A stretch of DNA of 45,236 bases from Candidatus Omnitrophota bacterium (GTDB lineage: Bacteria; Omnitrophota; Gorgyraeia; Tantalellales; Tantalellaceae): positions 1 to 45,236 of the forward strand of contig JBDRBI010000087.1 of NCBI GenBank assembly GCA_043822885.1, in the 5' to 3' direction. Made by a program: the position numbers and the translations under genes. The notes below the pieces were generated by a model that did no database searches, had not been told where the DNA came from, and saw only the letters and a program-made list of their open reading frames with translations. The first letter of the stretch is position 1. The number at the start of each line of letters is the position of its first letter. This document shows positions 16,858 through 25,753 of this stretch, in pieces.

Positions 16858-18042
16858 CTAAACTTCCATGTCTAGCACTTTTTTTATACGTTTTGCGGCT
16901 TCGATAAGTCTCTCTTCCTTCTCAACCAAAGCGAAACGAACAAAACCCTCACCCTTCTCTCCAAACCCCGTACCGGGAGAAATTACGACACCCGTTTCTC
17001 TTATCAGTAGAGACACGAATTCCATAGACGTAAGCTCGCTGTATTTATCCGGGATACGCGCCCATAAATAAAAAGTAGCCTTTGGCTTGGGCACATCCCA
17101 CCCTATGTCAGAAAGGGCTTTTACCATTACATCCCGTCGTTTTCTGTATATCTCTACCTGTTCCTTTACACAGTCCTGCGGTCCCGAAAGAGCTTTTATA
17201 GCGGCATATTGCACGGGTTTAAACATACCAAAATCGATATATCCCTTTGTCTTAGCCAGAGATTTGAGCAATGTTCCATTACCCACGGCAAAACCCACTC
17301 TCCATCCGGCCATGTTATAAGTCTTGCTCAAAGAATGAAATTCTATAGTTACATCTTTGGCTCCTTCGATCTCAAGTATACTGGGCGCTCTGTATCCATC
17401 GAACGCGATATCGGAATAAGCCAGATCGCTTATCAGGATTATATTGTTCTTCTTAGCGAATGCCACCGCTTTCTTATAGAACTCTTCTGTTGCTACCGCT
17501 GTTGTTGGATTATTGGGATAACTTAAAAATATCATCTTGCTTTTTTTGAGTATGTTTTCCGGTATACTGTCAAGATCGGGCAAAAAACCGTTTTCGTCGG
17601 TGATAGAAAGATCATAAAGTTTGCCTCCGGCGATGGTCACCCCGTTAAAATGGACCGGATAAGAAGGATTAGGAACTAAAGCAATATCGTCCCCGTTCAA
17701 AAAGGCCAAGGAGACATGAGCGATCCCTTCTTTTGAACCTATAAGAGGGACCACTTCCGTATCCGGGTCCAGTTTGACCCCGAATTTTTTGTTATACCAC
17801 TCCGCTATGGCCTTACGAAGTTCGCATTCCACGGAGTCTATAGACCTTGAATACCCGTGATTTTTTGGGTCTTTCGCTCTAAGGCATAGTTCGTCAACTA
17901 TATGCTTGGCTGTCGGAAGATCGGGATTACCCATGCCAAGGTCCAGAATATCCAGCCCCTTTGATATGGCTTCTTTTTTAAGATCATCGATTATCGTAAA
18001 TAAATATCTCGGCAGTCTTTTTATTCTGTCAGCTTCTTCCAT
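16858..18042 (-). CDS. Class I/II PLP-dependent aminotransferase (AlaC/YfdZ-like or DapL-like)
   Basis: RIKRLPRYLFTIIDDLK...LDLGMGNPDLPT, NNPTT, and the PLP lysine context SLSKTYNMAGWRVGF. Confidence 0.8.
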   Translation of the reverse strand: MEEADRIKRLPRYLFTIIDDLKKEAISKGLDILDLGMGNPDLPTAKHIVDELCLRAKDPKNHGYSRSIDSVECELRKAIAEWYNKKFGVKLDPDTEVVPLIGSKEGIAHVSLAFLNGDDIALVPNPSYPVHFNGVTIAGGKLYDLSITDENGFLPDLDSIPENILKKSKMIFLSYPNNPTTAVATEEFYKKAVAFAKKNNIILISDLAYSDIAFDGYRAPSILEIEGAKDVTIEFHSLSKTYNMAGWRVGFAVGNGTLLKSLAKTKGYIDFGMFKPVQYAAIKALSGPQDCVKEQVEIYRKRRDVMVKALSDIGWDVPKPKATFYLWARIPDKYSELTSMEFVSLLIRETGVVISPGTGFGEKGEGFVRFALVEKEERLIEAAKRIKKVLDMEV

Positions 18043-18052
18043 TTTTCCTCCG

Positions 18053-18280
18053 TTATTCTATCTCAGCCAGGATGTCTCCCGCTCGAGCGTTTTCACCTTC
18101 GGTCTTTATTATTTTTCTAAGGACTCCTCCCGCGGGAGCGGCTATATCAAAAGTTGCTTTATCAGCGGAGATCTCGACAATATCTTGATCTTTTTCTATC
18201 CGCGCGTTCTTTTTTACATGCCAGCGGGTTATCACGACACTTTCTTCTCTGTTTGTAACTTCCGGCAATCTAAATTCCAT
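18053..18280 (-). CDS. Stand-alone lipoyl/biotinyl-attachment domain protein (75 aa)
   Basis: Single hybrid-barrel domain with EISADKATFDIAAPAGG, where the D-K-A lipoyl-lysine motif sits in its usual hairpin. Confidence 0.65.
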   Translation of the reverse strand: MEFRLPEVTNREESVVITRWHVKKNARIEKDQDIVEISADKATFDIAAPAGGVLRKIIKTEGENARAGDILAEIE

Positions 18281-18296
18281 TTCTCCGACCTCAGGA

Positions 18297-18944
18297 TCAA
18301 ACCATTTTAAACACTTTATTTTCCGCAGAAAATTTTTCTTCAGATCTATCTATGAACGCGTCTTTAACCACGCTCATATTCATATCCTTTCCCAGTACAT
18401 CTTTTAATGAAGTAACCTCTATATCGCTTTCCCCGCAAGGATGAATAAAAGAGAACGCGGAAAGGTCATTGTTTATGTTAATGACCATACCGTGAAAGGT
18501 CACCCATTTTTTAATAGCTATGCCTATGAACGCTATTTTTTTGCTCTTTACCCACACTCCCCGTTTTTCTTTACCTCTTTCCGCCGGAATCCCAAGATCT
18601 TTTAGAGCGCCGACCGCGATCTCTTCCAAAATATCTATATACGCGGATATATCTTTTTCTCTTTCCTTCAGGTCAACGATAGGGTACAAAACCAGCTGTC
18701 CCGGGGCATGATAGGCTATCTTCCCTCCACGCGCGACCCTTATGATAGGGATATCTTTTTGCTCAAAATACGATCTGTCTTTTATGCTATTTTCTTTTGA
18801 GGTTCGGCCCAGAACTATGCTCTCTTCATGTTCCGTTATTATAAGAGTATCGGGGATATTTCCGTTTATACGTTCTTTGAGTATTTCATGCTGAATTCTT
18901 AGCGCATCTTCGTATTTAGTTATCCCCAGATCACAAACTTCCAT
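18297..18944 (-). CDS. lipB: Octanoyltransferase LipB
   Basis: RGGKIAYHAPGQLVLYPI, KKIAFIGIAIKKWVTFHG and FSFIHPCG match LipB motifs, including the catalytic Cys. The track ORF extends to 19022, but Met27 (ATG 18942-18944) aligns with LipB N-termini and avoids overlapping leuD. Confidence 0.85.
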   Translation of the reverse strand: MEVCDLGITKYEDALRIQHEILKERINGNIPDTLIITEHEESIVLGRTSKENSIKDRSYFEQKDIPIIRVARGGKIAYHAPGQLVLYPIVDLKEREKDISAYIDILEEIAVGALKDLGIPAERGKEKRGVWVKSKKIAFIGIAIKKWVTFHGMVININNDLSAFSFIHPCGESDIEVTSLKDVLGKDMNMSVVKDAFIDRSEEKFSAENKVFKMV

Positions 18945-18996
18945 CCTCGCCCCCCAGCCCCCGTGCGTGTTTTCGAAGAAAACAACGGGGGTTGCC

Positions 18997-19500
18997 TCAC
19001 AGCGCTTTGTCGAAACCACCATACTCCTTGAAGTATTCTATAACACCGCCCTTTTCCAAAAACTTTTTCATTATATCAGGCATGGGTTTTATCTCCACGT
19101 TGATGCCTTTAGAAAGATTACGTATCATGTTCTTATCAAGATCCAATTCCAATTCATCCATGTCGTCTATATAATTGGTCTCGCATTCCACGAGACACAG
19201 CCCCACGTTGAAAGCATTCCTGTAAAATATCCTGGCAAAACCTTTTGCTATAACCGCTTTTAATCCGCTTGCTTTTAAAGCGGCGGGCGCTTGCTCTCGT
19301 GATGAACCACAGCCGAAATTTTCTCCCGCTATTAAAAAATCCCCGGGTTTTATTTTTTTGTAAAAGCCTTCTTCCAGATCTTCGAAAACATGTTTGGACA
19401 GTTCTTTCATATCCTGGATCTTGAACTTATACCTTCCGGATATAATATAATCCGTATTGATATCGTCCTGCATTACAAGTCTATGCGCCAAATTCCCCAC
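18997..19500 (-). CDS. leuD: 3-isopropylmalate/(homo)aconitate dehydratase small subunit, short archaeal-type
   Basis: [21 protein letters not shown] and [17 protein letters not shown] start preceded by AAGGAG at 6 nt. Confidence 0.8.
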   Translation of the reverse strand: MGNLAHRLVMQDDINTDYIISGRYKFKIQDMKELSKHVFEDLEEGFYKKIKPGDFLIAGENFGCGSSREQAPAALKASGLKAVIAKGFARIFYRNAFNVGLCLVECETNYIDDMDELELDLDKNMIRNLSKGINVEIKPMPDIMKKFLEKGGVIEYFKEYGGFDKAL

Positions 19501-19580
19501 TTCTCTCTCCTTGTTTTATAGAAGTCAGAAGCCAGAAGTTAGAGGGTAGATCCAAACCCGGTAACTACTTCCTCTGTTTT

Positions 19581-19640
19581 TTCTATATCTTCTATCTTCT
19601 ACCTTCTATCCTCTATCTTCTCGCCTCTCGCCTCTCTATT
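19581..19640 (-). repeat. Heptad tandem repeat (sense AxGxTAG) directly after the leuC stop, with a partially complementary CTTCTxx tract at 19519-19548
   Basis: The plus strand reads ttctata tcttcta tcttcta ccttcta tcctcta tcttctc gcctctc gcctctc. Confidence 0.85.
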
Positions 19641-20903
19641 CTACAGCCTGCGCTTATGCTCCCTAGGATCCGCTATTTTGCCTTCAAGCGCCGTAGCCGC
19701 GGCTGTCGCCGGACTTCCGAGATATATACTTGATCTGGGGTTTCCCATACGTCCTTTGAAATTTCTGTTGGCCGTTGAGAAAGCATTCTCTCCGTCCGCC
19801 AACACTCCTTGATGAGTCCCCACACAAGGGCCGCATCCCGGGTTATTGAATATTCCTCCGGCATTGATAAATATTTCCACTAATCCTCTTTTTATAGCTT
19901 CAAGAGCTATTGATTGCGACGCAGGCGTTATTATCAATTTCAAGCCTTTGGCGATCTTTCTGTTTTTCAGTATCTTTGCCGCGATCTCCAGGTCCTCGAT
20001 CCTTCCGTTGGTACATGTACCTATATTGACTTCGTCTATAGGCGTACCCAGAACTTCTTCCACGCTGCATACATTATCGACCGTATGGGGTCTGGCTACC
20101 TGCGGGGTCAGATCACTAAGATCATATTCCTTCTCATCGATATAACGCGCGTCCGGGTCAGCTTCTACCGTATCGTATTCTTTTACAGAATGCCTTTTTA
20201 CCCAATCGGTAGTCTTCTTGTCCGCTTTCATCAACCCGCATTTTGCTCCCATCTCGACTGCCATGTTAGATATTGTAAAGCGCGCCTCAATGCTAAGTTC
20301 ATCTATGACCTTTCCGTAGAATTCAACAGCTTTATATGTAGCTCCGTCGGCTCCTACGTCCCCTATCAGATACAGTATTACGTCTTTCGAATACACACCT
20401 TTCGGAAGATCCCCGTTTAAAACCATCTTTATTGTTTCAGGGACCATAAACCAGTTCTTACCGCTTGCTAGAGTTATCGCCAGATCCGTAGACCCCACGC
20501 CCGTGGAAAAAGCGTTTATCGCCCCGTAAGTACAGGTATGAGAATCAGCGCCTAATACAAGATCTCCGCATGTCACGAACCCGGTCTCCGGTATCAATTG
20601 ATGACATACTCCGGCCCCTACATCGAACACTCTTACATTATGTTCTTTGGAGAATTTTCTTATTTTGTCATGTATCGCGGATACCCCGATATTGGGACTT
20701 GGACAAGAATGGTCAAGCACCATACAGAATGCTTTTTTATCAAACACTTTCTCCCGGCCCATCTTTCGAAAACTGTCTATTATCATCCCGCTGGTACCAT
20801 CCTGTCCGAAACAAAAATCCACGTCCGCTATCACGATGTCGCCCGCTCTGGCTTTTTTTCCTGAATGTGTGGATAATATTTTTTCAGCGATCGTCTGCCT
20901 CAT
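19641..20903 (-). CDS. leuC: 3-isopropylmalate/(homo)aconitate dehydratase large subunit, archaeal-type (420 aa)
   Basis: Aconitase-family motifs with Fe-S ligand cysteines: VLDHSCPSP, GADSHTCTYGA, GTCTNGRIEDL, NPGCGPCVG. Confidence 0.85.
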   Translation of the reverse strand: MRQTIAEKILSTHSGKKARAGDIVIADVDFCFGQDGTSGMIIDSFRKMGREKVFDKKAFCMVLDHSCPSPNIGVSAIHDKIRKFSKEHNVRVFDVGAGVCHQLIPETGFVTCGDLVLGADSHTCTYGAINAFSTGVGSTDLAITLASGKNWFMVPETIKMVLNGDLPKGVYSKDVILYLIGDVGADGATYKAVEFYGKVIDELSIEARFTISNMAVEMGAKCGLMKADKKTTDWVKRHSVKEYDTVEADPDARYIDEKEYDLSDLTPQVARPHTVDNVCSVEEVLGTPIDEVNIGTCTNGRIEDLEIAAKILKNRKIAKGLKLIITPASQSIALEAIKRGLVEIFINAGGIFNNPGCGPCVGTHQGVLADGENAFSTANRNFKGRMGNPRSSIYLGSPATAAATALEGKIADPREHKRRL

Positions 20904-20927
20904 CCTTACTCCTTTTCTAAACCCTAT

Positions 20928-22094
20928 CTAACCCCTGTTATTTATAAAGTCCTTGATCCTCTTTGCCCCTTTTTCCAGCGTATCCATATCAGTGGCAAAG
21001 CTTATACGTATAGCGCCGTCATCACCAAAAGGACCACCGGGGATAACAGCTACTTTTTTTTCCTTCAATATCTTCTCGGCAAACCCGAAAGAATCCATGC
21101 CTGTTCCGGAGATATCGCAAAAAAGATAAAATGCGCCGCTCGGCCTGAATGCCCTTAATCTTTCTTCACCTGAAAAACTCTTCAGAAGAAAGTCCCGGCG
21201 TTTAGAAAATTCCTTGGTATTTTTTTCCATAGTTTTTCTTAAGTCCGCTGTGAGAGCGCATTCTGAGGCAGCTTGACTTATCGAACACGGGTTTGAAGTC
21301 GCATGGCTTTGAAGAGTCGAAGCTAATTTTATGATTTTCTCATCTCCCGCCGCGTATCCTACTCTCCAGCCGGTCATAGAATGGCTTTTTGAAACACCGT
21401 TTATTACTATTGTCAAAGCATACGCTTCTTTAGAAACAGAGGCTATCGATATATGCTTCTTCCCGTCAAATATGATCTTTTCATATATCTCATCGCTTAT
21501 GATCAGGATGTTCTTTTCTACACAAATATCCGCGATCTTTTTGAGTTCTTCTTCTTCATACACAACACCGGTAGGATTAGAAGGACTGTTTATGATTATC
21601 GCTTTTGTTCTTGAAGTTATCGCTTTTCTTATATCATCCGGAGTTGTTTTGTAATCTTCATTCATAGGTAAAAATACGGGAACGCCGCCTGCTAGTTTTA
21701 CCATTTCCGGATAGCTGAGCCAATAAGGAGGCACTATAAGCACTTCATCTCCATCAGAACAGATCACCTGTAAAATGTTATATATTGAATGTTTTGCTCC
21801 GTTGGAAACAATAATATTTTTGGGTTCGTACTCCAAATTATTGTCTTCTTTAAGCTTGCGGCATATCGCTTTTTTGAGCGAAAGCGTTCCCGACGCCGGA
21901 GTATATTTGGTCTGTCCCTTTTTGATCGCTTCAATGCCCGCATTTTTGACGATTTCCGGTGTATCAAAATCCGGTTCTCCTGCCGCTAATATCACAACAT
22001 CTTCACCCGCAGCTACCATCGCCTTGGCTTTGGATGTTATGGCAAGTGTCTCCGATGGCTTGATGCCGGAGATCTTTTTAGATAATTTCATCAT
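20928..22094 (-). CDS. Aspartate/aromatic aminotransferase, class I
   Basis: GEPDFDTP, NSPSNPTG and SKSHSMTGWRVGY. The likely start is Met11 or Met12 (22094 or 22091), just after GAGGGAGGG. The track ORF extends to 22124. Confidence 0.8.
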   Translation of the reverse strand: MMKLSKKISGIKPSETLAITSKAKAMVAAGEDVVILAAGEPDFDTPEIVKNAGIEAIKKGQTKYTPASGTLSLKKAICRKLKEDNNLEYEPKNIIVSNGAKHSIYNILQVICSDGDEVLIVPPYWLSYPEMVKLAGGVPVFLPMNEDYKTTPDDIRKAITSRTKAIIINSPSNPTGVVYEEEELKKIADICVEKNILIISDEIYEKIIFDGKKHISIASVSKEAYALTIVINGVSKSHSMTGWRVGYAAGDEKIIKLASTLQSHATSNPCSISQAASECALTADLRKTMEKNTKEFSKRRDFLLKSFSGEERLRAFRPSGAFYLFCDISGTGMDSFGFAEKILKEKKVAVIPGGPFGDDGAIRISFATDMDTLEKGAKRIKDFINNRG

Positions 22095-22133
22095 AATACC
22101 CTCCCTCATGGATCTATTTATCAAGACTAATTA

Positions 22134-22186
22134 AGATAACATAATGTACTTAGTATTACAAGAGGGAAAAATTTCAAATTTTTCCT
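22134..22186 (-). promoter_or_regulatory. Sigma70-like promoter with extended -10 upstream of the aminotransferase gene, flanked by an AT-rich palindrome
   Basis: The minus strand reads TTGTAA (22157-22162), a 17 nt spacer ending in TGT, then TATCTT (22134-22139). The ATTATGTTAT-N-TTAA core is shared with the giant-gene promoter. The palindrome GGAAAAATTT-G-AAATTTTTCC (22166-22186) abuts the -35. Confidence 0.4.
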
Positions 22187-22251
22187 TTTTGTTCTCATTA
22201 CAAGCCTGTTTTCTGTTTAAATTCTCAGCTATTTTAGGCTATAACTGTAAC

Positions 22252-22423
22252 AGTTTAGCTTGTGTAAGTTGCATAGCGCAAAGAGCATGGCGCATGGCAT
22301 TATAAAAATAAAAATCATCCTTCAAGATATTACGTTCTCGGTCTCTCACTCTGAATGATAAGGGGCGCATCGGTCAATATGCTATGCTCTATGCTCTTTG
22401 CGTTTTTTACGCAAGCTAAACTG
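22252..22423. repeat. 172-bp element bounded by long inverted repeats (MITE-like or structured RNA)
   Basis: CAGTTTAGCTTGTGTAA...GCGCAAAGAGCAT at the left pairs with ATGCTCTTTGCG...TTACGCAAGCTAAACTG at the right: a 17-bp outer arm with 1 mismatch and an 11-bp perfect inner arm. It encloses an ATTGACCGATG motif and short heptad repeats. Confidence 0.55.
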
Positions 22424-22455
22424 CTACCAATAAATTGTCCCGGTCCGGAAGAATG

Positions 22456-22929
22456 TTAGTTATTTTTCCACAATCCACGATCGGATCGGCGGGCTTCTTC
22501 CTGTATGCTTTTAAATTCCTCTAAATATCTCAGGTTCGGAAAAATAAAAAGGGTTCTGGCTAAACCGCTTCTCAAAAGTTCCTCATTTACCATCAAACCA
22601 TCATGTGTTTTTACATAAGCTAAGAGCCTTCCGTATTTATCAAGTTTTTCCGTGTCAAATTCCAGGGAAACTTCTTTCCCTTCAACGAGATCCTTATTGA
22701 ACGCTTTTGCTTCAACGCTATATGGTTCAGGATCAAATATCCATATACCGTTTTTTATCTTATTGGTCTCGGGCGTATCTACTCCGATGTATCTTACCCT
22801 CTCACCATTCCACAATTCGATCGTATCGCCGTCTATGACCTTTTTAACTACGAACCACTGCGGTTCGGCGATCGAGAAAGTTGCGCACAGAATTAACACG
22901 ATCAATACTGTGATAATCTTGTATCTCAT
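22456..22929 (-). CDS. Secreted staphylococcal-nuclease-like (SNase/thermonuclease) protein
   Basis: Signal peptide MRYKIITVLIVLILCATFSIA, then SNase motifs DGDTIEL, VRYIGVDTPE, YGRLLAYV, NEELLRSGLA, RGLW. Confidence 0.8.
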   Translation of the reverse strand: MRYKIITVLIVLILCATFSIAEPQWFVVKKVIDGDTIELWNGERVRYIGVDTPETNKIKNGIWIFDPEPYSVEAKAFNKDLVEGKEVSLEFDTEKLDKYGRLLAYVKTHDGLMVNEELLRSGLARTLFIFPNLRYLEEFKSIQEEARRSDRGLWKNN

Positions 22930-22952
22930 TCCGCTTCTCTTATTTTTATTTT

Positions 22953-23023
22953 CTAACCTGGTTAATCGTGCCGGGTAAATTATTTAGTTTCACAATAACC
23001 CGGCAGCTTTTTAACCAGGTTAG
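22953..23023. repeat. Nested palindrome containing TAACCWGGTTA arms
   Basis: CTAACCTGGTTAA (22953-22965) is the exact reverse complement of TTAACCAGGTTAG (23011-23023). The inner arms GCCGGGT (22970-22976) and ACCCGGC (22998-23004) also pair. The related sequence TAACCTGGTTAG...CCAGGTTAG occurs at 13565-13595. Confidence 0.6.
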
Positions 23024-23044
23024 TAATACTTAACTGTTCACTAT

Positions 23045-23689
23045 TTACTGTTCACGAGTCACAGCTGAGGGGCATAGGTCTTTCAACAAGCATTCCCGGC
23101 AGTTCGGACGTCGGGCATCGCATACCGCGCGTCCGTGTGAGATCAGAAGGTTAGATAATTTTCCCCATTTTTTTCTGTCAAATATCATCATGAGATCTTT
23201 TTCTATTTTCACGGGATCTGTGTTTTTCGATAACCCTAGTCGAGCGCTTAATCTTTTAACGTGCGTATCAACGGCTATTCCGTCATTCTTTCCAAACTCG
23301 TGAAAAAGCACGATATTCGCGGTTTTCCTGGCTACTCCCGGGAGTTTTATCAGATCCTCCATGTCTTCAGGAACTCTCCCGTTAAAATCTTTAAGAATCA
23401 TTTTCGCCGCTTCTATGATGTTTTTTGCTTTATTCCTGAAAAATCCTGTCGAATGTATCTCCTTTTCAAATGTCTCTCGATCCGCATCGGCAAAATCTTT
23501 TACATCTTTATATTTTTTGAATAATACCTTTGTTACTTTGTTGACCCTCTCATCCGTACATTGCGCCGAGAGTATCGTCGCCGTCAGAAGTTGTACGGCG
23601 TTCTTGTGGACAAGCGCCGTTACAGCGTCAGGATACAGTTTCTCCAGTATCCGGTATATCTTGTCAGCTTGTTTCTTGTTCTCTTTCAT
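23045..23689 (-). CDS. nth: Endonuclease III
   Basis: HhH-GPD motif LPGVARKTANIVL, VDTHVKR, and the C-terminal 4Fe-4S cluster loop C-x6-C-x2-C-x5-C (CDARRPNCRECLLKDLC). Confidence 0.9.
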   Translation of the reverse strand: MKENKKQADKIYRILEKLYPDAVTALVHKNAVQLLTATILSAQCTDERVNKVTKVLFKKYKDVKDFADADRETFEKEIHSTGFFRNKAKNIIEAAKMILKDFNGRVPEDMEDLIKLPGVARKTANIVLFHEFGKNDGIAVDTHVKRLSARLGLSKNTDPVKIEKDLMMIFDRKKWGKLSNLLISHGRAVCDARRPNCRECLLKDLCPSAVTREQ

Positions 23690-23743
23690 TATTTTTGATT
23701 TTGTCTTTTTGCTTTTGGATTTTATGGATAATATTTCTATCTA

Positions 23744-23801
23744 AGATTGCTTCCCCCCGTCGCTTTGCTCCGCAAAGCGGAGCAGCGGGGGTCGCAATGA
23801 C
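23744..23801 (-). repeat. Stem-loop repeat unit with a GC-rich hairpin insert (mutL-nth spacer)
   Basis: The minus strand reads GTCATTGCGA-CCCCCGCTGCTCCGCTTTGCGGAGCAAAGCGACGGGGGG-AAGCAATCT. A degenerate copy may lie at 16787-16818 (GTAATTGCGAAGAGCGCGGCACGAAGTGATCC). Confidence 0.75.
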
Positions 23802-23881
23802 AGAAGGAAGCACATCGGTCAATATCAGTCTATTGTCTATGGTCTATTGTCTATGGTCTTTTCACTATTCACCATTATACG

Positions 23882-25633
23882 CTACTTCCGCCTAAACCTC
23901 TTCTCCATCTCATCTATTGTAACTTTAAAACTTGTCGGACGTCCGTGAGGGCAAGTGAACGGCAATTCGCATCTTTCTAATTGTTCGAGTACCGATATCA
24001 TTTCCTCTCTTTCAAGCTTATCTCCCGCCTTTATAGCGCCTCTGCAAGCGGCTATTTTAACCAATTCATCCAGCTGATCTATTTTACTCATTTTTAGACC
24101 CGCCGCGTCCTCCAAAACATCGCGCACTACTGTCTTCACGTCTCTATATCTTAAAATTGCCGGAACCGATTGTACCGCGAAAGAATTTTCCCCGAAACTT
24201 TCTATCACGAACCCTATCCTTTTGAAATTTTCCGCCATATTTTCCATTACAAGCGTTTCGTCTCGGGAAAGGTCTAATCTTACGGGAAAAAGAAGATTCT
24301 GCCCTTCAGGGGGCCCTGATTCTTTTGCTTTACTGAAAATTTCATACAGGATCCGTTCATGCGCCGCGTGTTGATCGGTTATGATCACGCCTTCATTTTC
24401 TATTTTGACAATATAACAATCCCCTACCTGAAATATGCTGGTATCTTCCTTTCTGTATACGGTCTTTTCTCCGAAAAAAGCGATCGGTTTTTCGGAAAAA
24501 GTCTTTTGAGTCGTCATTATATTTTCTGTTTTGTAAGAGAATTCTGGCTGATTTTCTACCGCAGTTCCCTCCAAAACCAGATCTTCTCTCATAGGATCAG
24601 GATCCATCATTGTTTCCGACAAGGCCTTTTCCGTTCTTTCTTTTACTGAGTAGAATCCATCGCGTATTGTTTCATGTAAAAGAAGTTTAATGGTTTTTTC
24701 GTCGCTGAACTTTACCATAAGTTTTGAAGGATGCACATTAACATCTACATCTTCAGGTGATACCGTTAAGAACAGAACAGCCTGAGGATATCGGCCTCTT
24801 TCCAGCATACTTTTATAGGCGGAGTGTAAAGTGTCACTCAATATTTTACTTTTTATAAAACGCCCGTTCATAAAGAACATCTGGCCTCTTGAGTCTTTTC
24901 TTGTCATGGAGGGCCGGCTTATAAACCCTTTTACTTCATATTTACCGGTGCGGCCGGAAACCTCTATCATGCTGTCGGCTGCATCATTTCCTAATACGGC
25001 AGATATTCTTTTGAGATGATCCGTGCCGGATCTTACGTTTAAAAGGTATCTTCCCCCTTGTGATAGTTTTATTTCGATCTCGGGGTTAGATACGGCAAAT
25101 CTTCCTACTATCGAGACTATTTCAGAAAGCTCTGTAGAAACCGTTCTTAGAAATTTTCTGCGGACCGGTACATTATAAAAAAGGGTTCTAACCTCTATTG
25201 TCGTACCTTGCGGTCTTCCTTGAGGCCGTGTTTTTAAGATCTCTCCGCTTTCTATATAAAGATAAACGCCGCTATCTTCTTTCCCGTCAAAACTTGTTAT
25301 CTCCAGTTTAGAAACAGCGGCTATACTGGCAAGCGCTTCGCCTCTGAACCCCAGGGTATTTATGTTATACAGATCTTGCGCATCTTTGATCTTGCTTGTA
25401 GCGTGACGAAGACAGGCAAGTTTAGCGTCCGAAGAGCTCATTCCTTTACCGCTATCCGCTACCCTGATCAAAGTATTCCCGGCATTCTCTATTTCTATAT
25501 CTATACTGTCCGCTCCGGCGTCTATGGAATTTTCGATAAGCTCTTTAACGACCGAGGCGGGGCGTTCAACTACTTCACCGGCGGATATCTTCCCAATAAC
25601 TTCTTCGCTTAATATGTTGATGTGTGTACTCAT
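23882..25633 (-). CDS. mutL: DNA mismatch repair protein MutL
   Basis: GHKL ATPase N-terminus ISAGEVVERPASVVKELIENSIDAGA, GFRGEAL, and C-terminal dimerisation/endonuclease region motifs (DQHAAHERI; CPHGRP). The start is at Met8 after GGAGG. The track ORF extends to 25654. Confidence 0.95.
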   Translation of the reverse strand: MSTHINILSEEVIGKISAGEVVERPASVVKELIENSIDAGADSIDIEIENAGNTLIRVADSGKGMSSSDAKLACLRHATSKIKDAQDLYNINTLGFRGEALASIAAVSKLEITSFDGKEDSGVYLYIESGEILKTRPQGRPQGTTIEVRTLFYNVPVRRKFLRTVSTELSEIVSIVGRFAVSNPEIEIKLSQGGRYLLNVRSGTDHLKRISAVLGNDAADSMIEVSGRTGKYEVKGFISRPSMTRKDSRGQMFFMNGRFIKSKILSDTLHSAYKSMLERGRYPQAVLFLTVSPEDVDVNVHPSKLMVKFSDEKTIKLLLHETIRDGFYSVKERTEKALSETMMDPDPMREDLVLEGTAVENQPEFSYKTENIMTTQKTFSEKPIAFFGEKTVYRKEDTSIFQVGDCYIVKIENEGVIITDQHAAHERILYEIFSKAKESGPPEGQNLLFPVRLDLSRDETLVMENMAENFKRIGFVIESFGENSFAVQSVPAILRYRDVKTVVRDVLEDAAGLKMSKIDQLDELVKIAACRGAIKAGDKLEREEMISVLEQLERCELPFTCPHGRPTSFKVTIDEMEKRFRRK

Positions 25634-25753
25634 TATTCCTCCGTTAGAGCGCATTTCGTATAGCGTATATCGTATAGCGTATATCGTAAAAATGAAAAAC
25701 GCGGGACATTCTTTGTCCGGGGACTACACCCCCACAGAAAGAGTGTCCCCACC

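Noticed and set aside
22953-23023. The nested palindrome might be a classical intrinsic terminator for nth.
   Set aside because: On the transcribed (minus) strand the hairpin is followed by an A-rich rather than a U-rich tract. The 13-bp perfect arms, shared with the 13565-13595 site, look more like a repeat or operator. I left it as an unassigned palindrome.
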